Positions 24,314-37,939 of a stretch of 64,000 nucleotides of DNA are shown here, one piece after another. The DNA is taken from the NCBI RefSeq assembly GCF_006345805.1, contig NC_043000.1:85002001-85066000 (forward strand). The letters are read 5' to 3'. The stretch's first letter is position 1. Each line of letters opens with the position of its first letter. Below the pieces are notes generated by a model, which saw only the letters and a list, made by a program, of their open reading frames with translations, had not been told where the DNA came from and did not search any database. The translations under genes were made by a program, and so were the position numbers. This DNA is from Octopus sinensis. Taxonomy: Eukaryota.

Positions 24314-24318
24314 AGGGA

Positions 24319-24352
<34 letters not shown>

Positions 24353-25483
24353 ATTTGAAAACTGGACAGCTACTTTGTTTATTAACCTCGAAGAGATGAA
24401 AAGCATTGTTGACCTCGGTGACCTTTGAGGTAAGAGCAAGGAAAGCCAGAACGAATTACTGACCTTCTAACAATCTGCCAACTCATTGCCTTTCAGTCAC
24501 AGAATGGTGAATTAGCAATGGGCGTTAGAGCAATTCAGAGCACTTTGTCCGACTCTTTTGCCCTCTGTGTTCAAATTCCTCAGCGGTCAGCCTTGCCTTT
24601 TGTACCTTCGAAGTTGATAATTAAAAATACCAGCCCAGTATTGATTCTTCTTCTTCATGCTTCATCTTCTCTTTCTCTCTCTCTTTCTCTCACCCTCAAT
24701 CTTTCTCTCTCTCTCTTTCTCCCTTTTTTTCTTCCTCCTTCTCTCTTGCTATTCTTCCCTCTTCCCCACCCTCCATCCCTGGAGGAAACGTTCCGCTAGA
24801 TTTAAATGGTTATCATATATTATATTGTCATACCAACACCCCTACGTCGCATTTCAAGGCTCGTTGTCCCCAAAGCTACAATTTGGTTGTTGGTTCCATT
24901 ACTGTAGGCTTCATAAATATTGATTTCAAATTTTAGCACAAGGCCAACAGTTTTTGAGGTGAAGTGCAAGTCGATTTCATAAACCCTAGTACTGGAGTCT
25001 ATGAATCGAGTTCCCCCCTCCTCAAAACTTGACTGGTGCTTACTTTATCTACCTCGAAAGGATGAAATGCGAAATTTGAACTCAGAATGTAATGACAGGC
25101 GAAATGCCGCTAAACATAACCGCAGTCTAGTGACTGAAACATATAAAAGAATATATATATATAGGATTAATGAGAGACACGGAAGATGGGAGATAGACGA
25201 TACAGGAAACTATTGATCACTACAATTGTTTTGATCCATCCAGCATCGACCCCTCGCAGGTATCCGTCGGTGTAGATGTGTCTCCTCGGGTGATTTCAAG
25301 AGGTATCTCATTAAAATTCACTCTCTTTCGGAAGATTTCTTCTTGGTCTTCGTATATATAAATGGCAAATTTATAAAAGATCATAACAAATATCAGGTAC
25401 AAAAAGACACAAATACACAATCCAGCCCAAAAGTATTAGATATAATATATTAACATGGATGTATAATATATATATATATATAT

Positions 25484-25870
25484 GCGCAGGAGTGACTGTG
25501 TGGTAAGTAGCTTACTTACCAACCACTTTGTTCTGGGTTCAGTCCCACAGCGTGGCACCTTGGGCGTCTTCTACTATAGCCTCGGGCGGACCAAAGCGTT
25601 GTGAGTGGATTTGGTAGACGGAAACTGAAAGAAGCCCGTCGTATGTGTGTGTGCGTGTGTGTCTGTGTGTGTGTTTATCCTCCACCTTCTTTGACAACCG
25701 ATGTTAGTGTGTTTACGTCCCGGTAACTTAGCGGTTCGGCAAAAGAGCCCAATAGAATAGGTACTAGGCTTACAAAGAATTATTCCTGGGGTCGGTTTGT
25801 TCGATTAAATGTGGCGCTCCAGCATGGCCGCAGTCAAATGACTGAAACAAGTAAAATAATGAAAAATAAA
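25484..25870 (+). mobile_element. SINE family A, full length
   Basis: Complete consensus match. Confidence 0.9.
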
Positions 25871-27384
25871 AGTATATATATATATATACTTTTATTTTTC
25901 ATTATATATATATATATTTATATAAGCTGTGATGGGGAGGTGTTGTAGAGATTTGCTATTAATTGAATTAGGGATTATATTTTTGTTCACAATTTATTAA
26001 TTCGTGTAGAACTTTGTAGATAGTTGTCTATATTTAGGTGTGTCACCTTTAGGTCTAGGGATTATTTTTTAATGGTTCACAAAAAGGAAGTTGGAAGGTA
26101 AAGGTTTTTTATCATTGGGCGAGTCATTAGTTTTAGTTATTTCTGGTTTTATTGAATTTAATCCTTTGCTTTGAGAATGTAAAGTTCAAAGTTCAAAGTT
26201 TAATTCAGTATTTAAAAAGTTAGAAATTGAGTGTGTCATTCTTTTTGCAATGAACTTTTTAAGTTTCACAAAAGAATGGCACTAGGTGGTACATTTTAGC
26301 GGGTTAGAAATTTTCTTTATTTGCTGTTTGATGTTATTTAAGATATTACCTATTTATATTTGGAAGGTGGAGGTTATTATTTATGCTTATCATGGTGTAA
26401 TTAAATATAGAAATAATTGCTTAGCTGGGCGAAACTTCGCAGTCACTGACAATTCTACTCTTGTTAAAGAATAATAAATTTGTACTCTACAAAATTATGG
26501 AGTAGCCCATCAGATTGTTTTTATTATAACTGAACATAAAATCAAACATTAGTGGGGGGGGGTGCGTGTGTGTGTTGTGTGTGTGATTTCTAAAAACAAG
26601 ATTCACAGTCGCCAAAGTTATAAACTTCTTAATAATTCACCTCAGCTATTTGGACATTAAATACTAATATACTTAGGTCGGCGCTCTGTTGTCTCAACCA
26701 CCTCGATCTTCCTAATATAAACCATTTATTTTTGAGATAATTATTGTTTATAGATAGACTTCTGGTCTCTTTTCTTTATTATTTTTTTAAAACTTTTTAT
26801 TAAGTTTTGGGGGATTTCTCTGTTTATCATAGCTTAAACGTGAAACAGTTTTTATCAGATTAACCTTCATAACCTTATCATAACGATTTACAAACACATT
26901 TCGTCTGCCATCTGGAGACTCTTGGCTCTCTGTGTTATTCGTTTGCTACAAAATGGTAACATTTATTTCTTGTACAAGATAAACAATCCGACTTTATTCT
27001 TATCAATGAAATCTATAATTATTTTATTCTAACAGTCTTTTCAGAACTACACCATCCGTCCCCTACATCGAAACAATGGCCTCCTTCATTTACTCTTGTA
27101 TCCTATTTCGAATCATTGAAATAATAATTCATCTAAGCATTCAGGATCCCACACTGAAAAGTGGGAACTTGATGCTGTTAAGCATCTAGTTCGGCGCTCT
27201 CTTTACTATGGTCGCCCCCCCCCCAAGCTTTCAACTGCAACGTAGGAGTGTTGTCATAGCATATGGTGTATGTTGACCATGTAAACCGACCGACTGAATG
27301 AGGAGGCTTCCATAGTAGATTAATGACGTATGAAGAAGAAGAAGAAGAGAAGAAGAAGAAGAAGAAGAAGAAGAAGAAGAAGAA

Positions 27385-27600
27385 TTGTTGTTTCTGATTT
27401 TAGCAAAAGGCTAGGAATTTTGAGGAAAAGAAAAAAGTCAATTACGTCGACCCTAGTACATGACTGGGATTTTATTTCATCGCCCCCGACCCCGAAAGGA
27501 AGAAAGGCAAAGTCAACCTCGGTGGGGTTTGAACTCAGAAAGTAAAGAACCGGAAGAAATACCGCTAAACATTTTGGTCGACACGCTAACGATTCAGCAA
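27385..27600 (-). mobile_element. SINE family B copy
   Basis: AAAGGCAAAGTCAACCTCGGTGGGGTTTGAACTCAG motif. Confidence 0.7.
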
Positions 27601-27924
27601 AAGCTTCTGGTATTTGGCACTCTTCCATTCAAAGGCTGGATGGCACCATTTTTTCCTTGGTGCTATAAGCTCGATAATGATTATCTCCGTCCCCTTCTCA
27701 GACCACAAAACGTACATCCAGCTTCCGGATTATCAAGACAACCTAGGGAAAGTATACCTTTACCCCAGCTTACCTTTATATCTCATGATAGGGTCATTTG
27801 CAACAAACAGCTTATTGTTGTTACCATAGTCAATGACTTTCCTCCTTTCACCGCGAACATAACTGATGATGTTTTCCTTCACTGTTGGTAGTTATTATAT
27901 ATTTCCTGACACTGAACTGTAATT

Positions 27925-28140
27925 TCAAACTTTGGCACAAGGCCAGTAATTTCGGGGGAAAGGGTAAGTCGATTAGGTCGACGCCAGTGCTGAACAGGTA
28001 CTTATTTTATCAACCCCCTCCCCCCAAAGGATGAAAGGTAAAGTCGACCTCGGCAGAATTTGATCCCAGAACGTAAAGACGGACGAAATGCCGCTAAGCA
28101 TTTTGCCCGGTGTGCTAAGGATTCTGCCAGATCGCTGACC
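27925..28140 (-). mobile_element. SINE family B (B1) copy
   Basis: TTTGGCACAAGGCC...GTCGACCTCGGCAGAATTTG...TTCTGCCAG. Confidence 0.8.
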
Positions 28141-29371
28141 TACAGTGAATTCTAATAATGGTAGTGGCCGGTTTGTCTTCTCCAGAAGATACTGAAAAGG
28201 ACCTCGTACGGCATAATTTTAGTGATACTGAATATATAAGGATATGATTTTGTGCATTTGTTGTACTGCTCTTCTACGAAATATTTAAGCACTAAATATT
28301 GAAATACTTATCACTCATGGAAAATGCACAGGTGATTAGCATTCAGTTTCATCGTTAATTCCTTGCAGAAAATTGTGTTGAAAGAGACAAATTGAAGAAA
28401 ATAGCTACGGGTGAAACAAACTATATTTTGTCAGACTAATGTTTAAGGATTAAATATTTTATTCACTCACAGGCTTATCTTTGTATACCCTATTCTAAGT
28501 GACTGGACACAGCTTCTCCTTGAACTTGTCACACCTTGGAACCTTAAGTAAAATTATGGCGGAATTCTGGTTTAAGCACCTCATATAACCCCTCATAACA
28601 TTTCTTTTATTTTTTGGAATTGTTCGAAAACTCTTGAAAATTTCTCTTTTACACAGAGGAATTCTTCTTTTATACTCCTTTTCCCATAAATCCTAAAAGT
28701 TCCACTATTTTCTGAATTATTTTTATATATCAAAGTTTAAAATATAGACAGTCTGAATGCGTTGCAGCAATGGACCACCCTTGGATGCGTCATCATTCCA
28801 TCAAGTGGTCGTGCTAAAACTAACAGCTAAATCACCCTTAAATCAAACAATTTCTTTTTCATAATAGTATGAATTCCCGTGTGTAGAACACAAATTCGCA
28901 AAAATTTTCCGAAATTTCAAAAAAAAAGTGATGATGGGTTATATGGGGTGCTTAAACAAGAATTCCGCCAATGTTCTATACATATAGTTGCAAATGTAGC
29001 CCCGGGACCGACCAATGGTTTGTGAGTGAATTTCGTAAACATGGAAGCCCCAATTGTGTATATATGTGTATGTATGTGGGGGGTTGTAAGTGTGTGTGTG
29101 TGTGTTTGGTGTTCTCTTACCACTTGGCAATGGATATTGGTTTATTTACTTCACCGTAACTTGGTGGTTCGCCATAGAACCCGATAGGATAGCAAGCAGA
29201 CTTTAAAAAACAAAACAAAAAATACATAAATTATCTTCGACTAAAAACACCTTCAAGGCACTGCCCTAACATGGCAGCAAACCAATGACTGAAACGAATA
29301 AAAGATAAAAAGGAACCTCATGGTACCGGGTTCAGTTCCACTGCATGGCACCTTCAGCAAGTGTCTTCTAC

Positions 29372-29728
29372 CACGGCTTTCAACCGATTCTGATGAAACT
29401 TGGCACACACATAGCCCAATGTCATAATCCAAAACTAACGCAGCGAAAATTTTGAAAAGTTCCCCCGGTTCTTAAAAAAAACAATAAATTTGACATGGGG
29501 CCGAGAATCTAAGCTTTTTATATGCAACACATTTTCTGTTGTAGTTTTCGCAACTTGCAATCAGGAGACAGCTAGGAACATCGTATACATAGAAGTATTC
29601 GAGTGAAGAGAAGACATTGCTACCTACACATGCGCCTTCGTTCCCTAGAGGGAAAGAACTAGATTGGGATTAGTCGTTGCCTACTAGGGGCTCTTACATA
29701 CCCGGGCAACGCCGGGTTATGCTGCTAG
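29372..29728 (+). mobile_element. Helitron-like element, 3' portion
   Basis: Ends CCCGGGCAACGCCGGG hairpin plus GCTGCTAG|T, closely similar to the terminus of 2016-3028 but with a different internal sequence. Starts with an AACCGATTCTGATGAAACTTGGC block. Confidence 0.7.
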
Positions 29729-29772
29729 TATATATATATATGTGTATGTATGTATGTATGTATGTATGTATG

Positions 29773-29803
<31 letters not shown>

Positions 29804-30695
29804 ATCTGTTTGTGCCCCAACATCGCTTGACAACCGACGTTGATGTGTTTACGTCCCCGTAACTTTGTAATTCAGCAAAAGAGACCGATAGGATAATTAC
29901 TAGGCTTAAAAGAATGTCCTGGGCTCGACTAAAGGCAGTGCTCCAGCATGGCCGCAGTCAAATGATTGAAGGAATTAAAAGAATAAAAGAAATATATATA
30001 TATATATATATAATAATATATACACACAACACACACGTCTTTCATTACTATTTTTTCTTCAAGTCATTGGACTGTGCGGCAATGGTAGGTTCAGCCAAAC
30101 AAACGTGCCCTAACATTCTCGAGCCAGGTACTTATTTTATCTGTTCCTTTTGGCGAATCAGGGGCGTAAACAAACCTACACTGGTCGTCCAGCGATGGCG
30201 GGAGGACAAACACGCGCACATACACAGAAAACACACGCAGATATATTCATAGAAGGAGAGAGTGAGAAGCAGAGAATGGGTCGTGAGATGATGATGTTGA
30301 TGATGATATTCATATATATATACAGATATATATATATATATATATATATTTATGTATGTATGTATGTATGTATGTATGTATGTATGTATGTATGTATGTA
30401 TGTATGTATATGTGTATTCACGCACGTATATAGAGGGAAAAGAAAGATTGAATATATTTAGACAATAAATATTCATGTATATATATATAGATATTTATAT
30501 TTCAACAGAGGAAACTTACGCAGAGTACAACGACACAAAATTAAGAGAAGTTATGGTGTTACAGGTCGAACTGCTGTTACTGGGAGACCGGAATTATTTC
30601 ATAATTTTGGCAGCTGTAGCTCACAAAAAGTCAAGGATATGCAACCAGTAATGGAAGCATATAAACATTAGATAGATCCGGCATCCTTCTTCAGG

Positions 30696-30726
<31 letters not shown>

Positions 30727-30777
30727 TGTATGTATGTATGTTGTATGTATATGTATGGGTGTGTATGAATGTATGTG

Positions 30778-30825
<48 letters not shown>

Positions 30826-30906
30826 GTAAACTTACTTGGAATAGATGTGTGGCATTCAGTCATAAAAAACATAAATAATATATATTATATATAATATATA
30901 TATAAG

Positions 30907-30940
<34 letters not shown>

Positions 30941-30984
30941 TATTTGCAAACATATATGTACGTACATACATATATATTTTTTAT

Positions 30985-31418
30985 TCTTTTTTTCTTTTAC
31001 TTGTTTCAGTCATTTGACTGCGACCATGCTGGAGCACCGCCTTTTGTTGAGCAAATCGCCACCAGGACTTATTCTTTGTAAGCTTAGTACTTATTCTCTT
31101 TTGCAGAACCGCTAGGTTACGGGGACGTAAACACACCAGCATCGGTTGTCAAGGATGTTGGGGAACAAACAGACACACAAACATATATTATTATATATGT
31201 CGCGAGATCATCAGAAAGAAGTCCGGCGTGAGAGATGTCATCACAGAGTATACACGCAGCAAGTATAGATCTCCACGACGGTGGAGTTCCGATTTCAGGA
31301 GGACGGTTGGAATCAAGTGGATGAGAAAGGTGCGATCCAGGGAGGAGTGGACAGCGTGCTGTGACCAGCGGTGTCAAATGGACGCCTGACGGACTGGTCG
31401 GTCAAGGTAATCAAGGTG

Positions 31419-31468
<50 letters not shown>

Positions 31469-31620
31469 TGCAACGGTCTTATTTCAGTTTCTGCCTACCA
31501 AATCCACTCACAAGGCTTTGGTCGGCCCGAGGCTCTAGTAGAAGACACTTGCCCAAGTTGCTACACGGTGGGCTGAACGCGGAATTATGTGGTTGGTTAG
31601 CAACCCACACAACCACTCCT
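30985..31620 (-). mobile_element. SINE family A split by an RTE 3' fragment
   Basis: Tail half 30985-31180 and head half 31470-31620. Confidence 0.8.
31201..31420 (+). mobile_element. RTE LINE 3' terminus (short, internally deleted)
   Basis: In-frame REIIRKKSGVRDVITEYTRSKYRSPRRWSSDFRRTVGIKWMRKVRSREEWTACCDQRCQMDA* (stop 31387-89), then a TCAAGGT-repeat tail. Confidence 0.75.
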
Positions 31621-32209
31621 ATATAGAGAGAGAGGCTCGAATGACCCATCCGTGTTTTTTTGTATCGTCTATTGGATGTTTTGCGTTCCTGTTCCATTTT
31701 GTATTTTATATATATATATATATAATATATAATATATATATATATATATACAGGAGAACAAAGTGTACGTACGAGCTATATATATATATATATATAGCAG
31801 CGTACGTACACTTGTTCTCCTGTATATATATATATATATTATATATATATATTATATACAGGAGAACAAAGTGTACGTACGCTGCTATATATATATATAT
31901 ATATAGCAGCGTACGTACACTTTGTTCTCCTGTATATATATATTATATATATAATATATATATATATATATATTATTGAATATATAGGTACAGGACGTCA
32001 TAACATGTAAACAATATGAAATATGGAGACAAACTTTGGTATGCGAAGAACGAGAGAAACAAATGGAAAAAACAGGACAAGTGACGTAAAAAAAAGACCC
32101 TTCAAAGTTGGTAAGAAAAAACAGGAGAGTGGAGATATACAAACAACCAAACGAAAACAAACGTGGAGCGCCGTTAGGCCAGACGATGTAAGGTAGCAAA
32201 CGCTGAGGA

Positions 32210-32251
<42 letters not shown>

Positions 32252-33059
32252 ATATATATATATACATATATTTATGTAGTGTGTAATATATGTATGTATA
32301 TGTGCATATATATATTTATATTATATATATATATTTATATACATACATACACGACAAGATTCCGCACAGTTTCTGTCAACCAGATTTATTCACAAGTCAT
32401 TGGTCGTCCAGAACTATAAAAGACACTTGTCTACGATACTGTGCAGTAGGACTGAACCTGAAACAACACCTGTTAAAAGACGAGCTTCTGAACTACACAG
32501 CCATGCACGCGTCTTCATATATGCGTCTGTGTGTAGATATGTGTTACTATAAAGTACTACAGAGCTAATCTGTATAGTTAAGGCCGTCATTATGTTATGA
32601 GAAATGCAAACATTGCCTCAATATACACAATTAGCTTGATGACAGAGAAACACAAAAACATTTGCAGGCGCTACACGTCTCAATTCTTCTTGCAACTTCG
32701 TCAGCAGTTGTGTATCATTTTTAATTATTCATGACCATACTTCTTATAAAGCTGCTAATATTAGCTGCTAAAGAAACACTTTCTTGTTAATATGCTAATT
32801 CGAATATTAAATTACTGTGTGTTTCAGAGTGTGCATTATGTATATAAACATGATGTTTACATTCGTCGTTACATACAACTTTGGCTAAAAATGTCCCTCG
32901 ATATGTGCTATAGTGCATTGTGTGTGTGTGTATGTGTGTACCTGCACACATGTAAGAATATAAGTGCAAAACAAAGTGGACAAATAGTTCTCGAATACCA
33001 AAGGTAGAGTAAGATACTCATTGAAGCTTAAGAGTTGAGGTTAAAAAAATTTTTTTCTA

Positions 33060-33450
33060 CCTTTGGCACAAGGCCCGAAATTTGGGTGGGGGTAGGGGCT
33101 AGTCAATTACATCGACCCCAGTACACAACTGGTACTAAATTTATCGACCCCGAAAGGATGAAAGGCAAAGTCGACCTCGGCGGATTTAGAACTCAGAACG
33201 TTGCGGAAGACGAAATACCTATTTCTTTACTACCCACAAGAGGGTAAACACAGAGAGGACAAACAAGGACAGACAAACGGATTAAGTCGATTACATCGAC
33301 CACAGTGCGAAACTGGTACGTATTTATCGACACCGAAAGGATAAAAGGCAAAGTCGACCTCGGCTGAATTTGAACTCAGAACGTAACGGCAGACGAAATA
33401 CTGCTACGCATTTAGCCCGGCGTGCTAACGTTTCTGCCAGCTCGCTGCCT
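33060..33450 (-). mobile_element. SINE B multimer with B2 junction
   Basis: GACGAAATACCT|ATTTCTTTAC junction at 33220/33221. Confidence 0.85.
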
Positions 33451-33540
33451 TTTGAGGTGAAAAATATTGAAAAAAAAAAAAAATATATATATATATATAT
33501 GAGTGCAACCACTAAGCCATGCAGCACATATATATATTAT

Positions 33541-33577
<37 letters not shown>

Positions 33578-33800
33578 GTATTGCACTCATGATCGTAAGA
33601 TTGTGGTTTCGGTTCCTAGACCGGTCGACGCGTTGTGGTCTTAAGCGAAACACTTCATTTCACGTTGCTTCAGTCCACTTAGGTGACAAAAGTGAATAAT
33701 CCTGCAAAAGACCGGCGTCCTGTCCAGGTGGGGAATATGTATACATGTCATGGAAACCAGGAAACTAGCCTTTAGGAGTCGGTATGCCCCGAGAAGGTTA
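33578..33800 (+). mobile_element. tRNA-derived SINE family E
   Basis: GTGGTTTCGGTTCC B-box-like head and CACTTCATTTCACGTTGC core. Related copy at 46900-47132 (minus). Confidence 0.6.
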
Positions 33801-34548
33801 CTTACCTCACTGTAAACATTATTATTAAGATTAAAATAAAAATTATTCCATGTGTGTGTGTGTGTGTGTGTGTTCGTGCGTGAATGCGTGTTCGGAATAA
33901 TAATCATTTTAAAAAGGTTTTTCTTTCATGCCCACTCGAAAAGAACGAAAGGGCGAGTGGAAAATACGATCTGGTTTCAATTTCCAGTTACGCTTTAGAA
34001 AGGCACAGCAGAAGCATCACATTTTTTTATCACTTTCCCTGAAACCTACAAAGGACCCATTTGTTCGTCACTGAACCCGCTAAAAATAGCAGTCACATTT
34101 CACTTAATCTTACTGTTATAAAAATATATATCTATAAAACTCTACTGAACATTGTACACAACAGCTGGGGAAAGGCGGGTCAGTCATGGATTGAACGCTT
34201 TTGATGATAGATTTTAATCATGGTTGACATGTGACTAAACAACAAGAACTTGAGGCAGTAAAGCCCATGTAAGAAATCAATAAGACACCCCAGCCTTACA
34301 TTTAAACCATGTCTCTTTGTCATTGAAGATGGGTTCACTCGGCCGTTGCCATAACAACACATGATGGATGCATATACTTTTGTCTTCTTTTTCCTGAATC
34401 AATCAAATTCTTACATCTCTGATTCGATTCCTTTCACGTGTCCATCTATCATTATGTCTACTGATTCTCACTTGATGCTAAAATTAGTCAAAAAAAAAAT
34501 GTTTAAATAATCCAAACAAACAATATTCATACATACAAATATATATAT

Positions 34549-34582
<34 letters not shown>

Positions 34583-35324
34583 TGATTTCCTTTTCGTTCA
34601 TATCTGTTTGTTTTAATAAAGTGTACCACTTTTGTGTTTTGCCTTTATTTATTTATTTATTAATCTGTTTTAAACATTTTAATCCTTCAATAAATACAGA
34701 GACAACATTCCTTAAATTTATAGATTTAAGCCCTTACTATCTGATTAAAATCTCTGATCTTTTGTATCAAATTTTACCCCTACCCACTTTCTCCCTCGCC
34801 TGTCATCTCTCTTTTTCTCCCGTTTTCTCTATTTCTTTCATCTCTTTCTCTCTCGCACACTTACACACTTTCTCTTACCCTTTCCGTCTCCCTTCTATAT
34901 TTCTCTCTTATTTATAATGCTATTCTCCTTCTATCGACCCACTCCATCTTCTCCGATCGCGTTATTTCCCTCCCCTGCAATTACAGCCTCACCCATTCTC
35001 CTTTTTACACCGTATATTCACATTAGATGTCAGTTTTCTCAATTATTCCATTATCTCATCTCCATAGCAAATAGAAAGCGATCAGTTAGCAGAATTGTAA
35101 GTATTCTGCTCTTGGTCTAAATACTTGAAGAGATTTTAGCTTCGTCTGTGTTAGTTTTGAGTTGAATTCTAACCAAGTTCGAATTTGACTTCCGGGGCAT
35201 TCACGACCGATAAAACTATAAAATAAAGACCAGAAATATAATAGTTTGTTCAGTCGTTTTTATCCCTTCCCTATGAATAAACGGCTTTGCTTCAATGTGA
35301 TAAATCGTTTTAAATTTTACTTAT

Positions 35325-35536
35325 GTCAGTCGTTAGACTACGGCCATGTTGGAGCACCGCCTCGAAGAATATTTAGTCAAATGTATCGACCCCGGTGCTG
35401 ATTTTTTTTAAAGCTTGTCACTTATTCGATCGGTTACTTTTTGTCGAACCGCTAGATTATGTGACGTAAACACACTAATACCGGTTGACAATCAGTGGTG
35501 GAGGACAGAGACACAAAGACACACACACATAAGCGG

Positions 35537-35569
<33 letters not shown>

Positions 35570-35705
35570 GCACGCACACACACACACACACACGCACGCA
35601 CACACACACACACGCACACACACGCGCGCATTTATATATATACACGACGGGCTTCTTTCAGTTTCCGTCTACCGAATCCACCCACAAGGCTTTGGTCGGC
35701 CCGAA
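35325..35705 (-). mobile_element. SINE family A (5'-truncated)
   Basis: Tail and central parts match the consensus. Confidence 0.8.
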
Positions 35706-35960
35706 AAACAAGAATATCATAAACTTTTTGGAACACGACTACGTGATATGTGTATACAAAAATATTATAAACATTCGAGTGATTGTGAAATAATTATCTA
35801 TATTTATTTGTTTGTTTATTTTTGGAACAGTGGATCTCGAAACACGTAAAAGTCGAAGGCCGTCTTCGACTTATTCTGTCCAAAGGTTTTTCAACCAATA
35901 CTTGCATGCTATAATTTATTGTTTATATACTTCGAGTTCCGTTGATTAATAAATAAATAA

Positions 35961-36016
<56 letters not shown>

Positions 36017-36180
36017 GCATATGTGACTATAGAACATCACCAGTAGTATGCAACATAATGTACGAAAACAAATGACTTATATACGCAAACAAGGAGAGAA
36101 AAAATGGAAAACAGGACAAGTGACACAAAGAACGACTCTTCATCAGTTCCCGCTAAGCATTTCGCCTGGCGTGCTAACGT

Positions 36181-36960
36181 TTCTTATCCCCACAAGAGGA
36201 TAAACATAAAGGGGACAAATAAGGACAGACAAAACTACTAAGTTGATTACATCGACCTCGGTGCGTAACTGGTACTTATTTAATCGACCCCGAAAGTATG
36301 AAAGGCAAAGTCGACCTCGGCGGAGTTAGAACTCAGAACGCAGCGGCGGACGAAATACCTATTTCTTTACTACCCAAAAGGGACTAAACACAGAGGGGAC
36401 AAACAAGGACAGACAAACGGATTAAGTCGATTGTATCGACCTCAGTGCGTAACTGGTACTTATTTAATCGACCCCGAAAGGATGAAAGGCAAAGTCGACC
36501 TCGGCGGAATTAGAACTCAGAACGCAGCGGCGGACGAAATACCTATTTCTTTACTACCCAAAAGGGACTAAACACAGAGGGGACAAATAAGGACAGACAA
36601 ACGGATTAAGTCGATTACATCGACCTTAGTGCGTAACTGGTACTTATTTAATCGACCCCGAAAGGATGAAAGGCAAAGTCGACCTCGGCGGAATTAGAAC
36701 TCAGAACGCAGCGGCGGACGAAATACCTATTTCTTTACTACCCACAAGGGGCTAAACACAGAGGGGACAAACAAGGACAGACAAACGGATTAAGTCGATT
36801 ATATCGACCTCAGTGCGTAACTGGTACTTATTTAATCGACCCCGAAAGGATGAAAGGCAAAGTCGACCTCGGCGGAATTTGAACTCAGAACGTAACGGCA
36901 GACGAAATACCGCTACGCATTTCGCCCGGCGTGCTAACGTTTCTGCCAGTTCGCCGCCTT
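36181..36960 (-). mobile_element. SINE B2 tandem array: four ~184-bp units plus one head
   Basis: ATTTCTTTACTACCC unit starts at 36361, 36545 and 36729 (period 184). Head ends CTGCCAGTTCGCCGCCTT at ~36960. Confidence 0.92.
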
Positions 36961-37162
36961 GCGATAGTTTATATCTTAATAACAATGTTGTTGGGAAATT
37001 GTGTGTGTTTCTTTTTCCACCGAACGGTTCGCTTTCTTGAAGGTCTTTTTTTTTTCTTTTTTTTATTATCAAAGATCTTTCGAGAATTATCGTACACTAA
37101 CAAACGCTTGAGTTTCATTCTGTTCAAAAACACCAGAATTCCAGTCCGATTAAGTACACACA

Positions 37163-37225
<63 letters not shown>

Positions 37226-37844
37226 TCTCCCTCACAGACACACACACACACACACACACACTCACACACACACACACACACACACATACATACACACATA
37301 CATACACACATACACACACGTGCGCGCACACACGATTTTTTGAGTGGAGCAGACATCAGAGGAATTAAGGTGTAATTGTCTGCTAGTTCCAATTCCTTCC
37401 AGAATCCCCGGAATTGTCTAGAACTAGCCTCATTAGTCATCAACAGATGAAGTGTATCCTCTTTAAATCTCTTTCGTTTCTTTCTCTGTCTCTTTATATT
37501 ATCTACATTATCATTAGAATAGCCCTTTGTTTTTTTGTTGTTTTTTTGTTTTCTTTTGCTTTTGCTCGACTTTTTATCTTAATTTTGTAGTTGTCTTGTT
37601 TCCGCTTGTTTTGGTTTTGTTTTCTTTGAATTTTATTTCGCGGCGCAGCTGTTTCAGTTCCAAAGACTTGGTATGAAACACCACAAAAACTCGTATCGAT
37701 TCTTCCATTCATTATACAATATAATAAATAACATGATAATAAAAATAAAAATAAAAATAAAGATTTTGTTCCATTGAGCACTAGTAATGCATATTTTACC
37801 ATTGTATACACATATTTTTTGCTTTTGTTTTTGGGTTTTATTGT

Positions 37845-37875
<31 letters not shown>

Positions 37876-37939
37876 TTGGAGTTAGAGTCTGGTTTTAATG
37901 CCTCTGATATTTGACAATTGTTGACGACAGCCATACACA

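Noticed and set aside
25930-26420. Possible minus-strand degraded retroelement coding sequence
   Set aside because: A-rich translation with many stops and no diagnostic motif.
32655-32712. Minus-strand CTGACGA...GAGAC-GT-GTA hammerhead-like motif
   Set aside because: The GAAA core is mutated and stem I does not pair.
36729-36912. HDV-like ribozyme in the SINE B2 unit (GUCGACU/GGUCGAU or GGUAUUU/AAGUACC as P1)
   Set aside because: Each P1 candidate pairs, but I could not place P2, P3/L3, P1.1 and J4/2 in the required order.
36181-36960. CRISPR-like or satellite array
   Set aside because: The whole 184-bp unit repeats with no unique spacers and is SINE-derived. The context is eukaryotic.
36813-37040. 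Recurring ORFs containing NWYLFNRPRKDERQSRPRRNLNSE
   Set aside because: Read-through of SINE family B.
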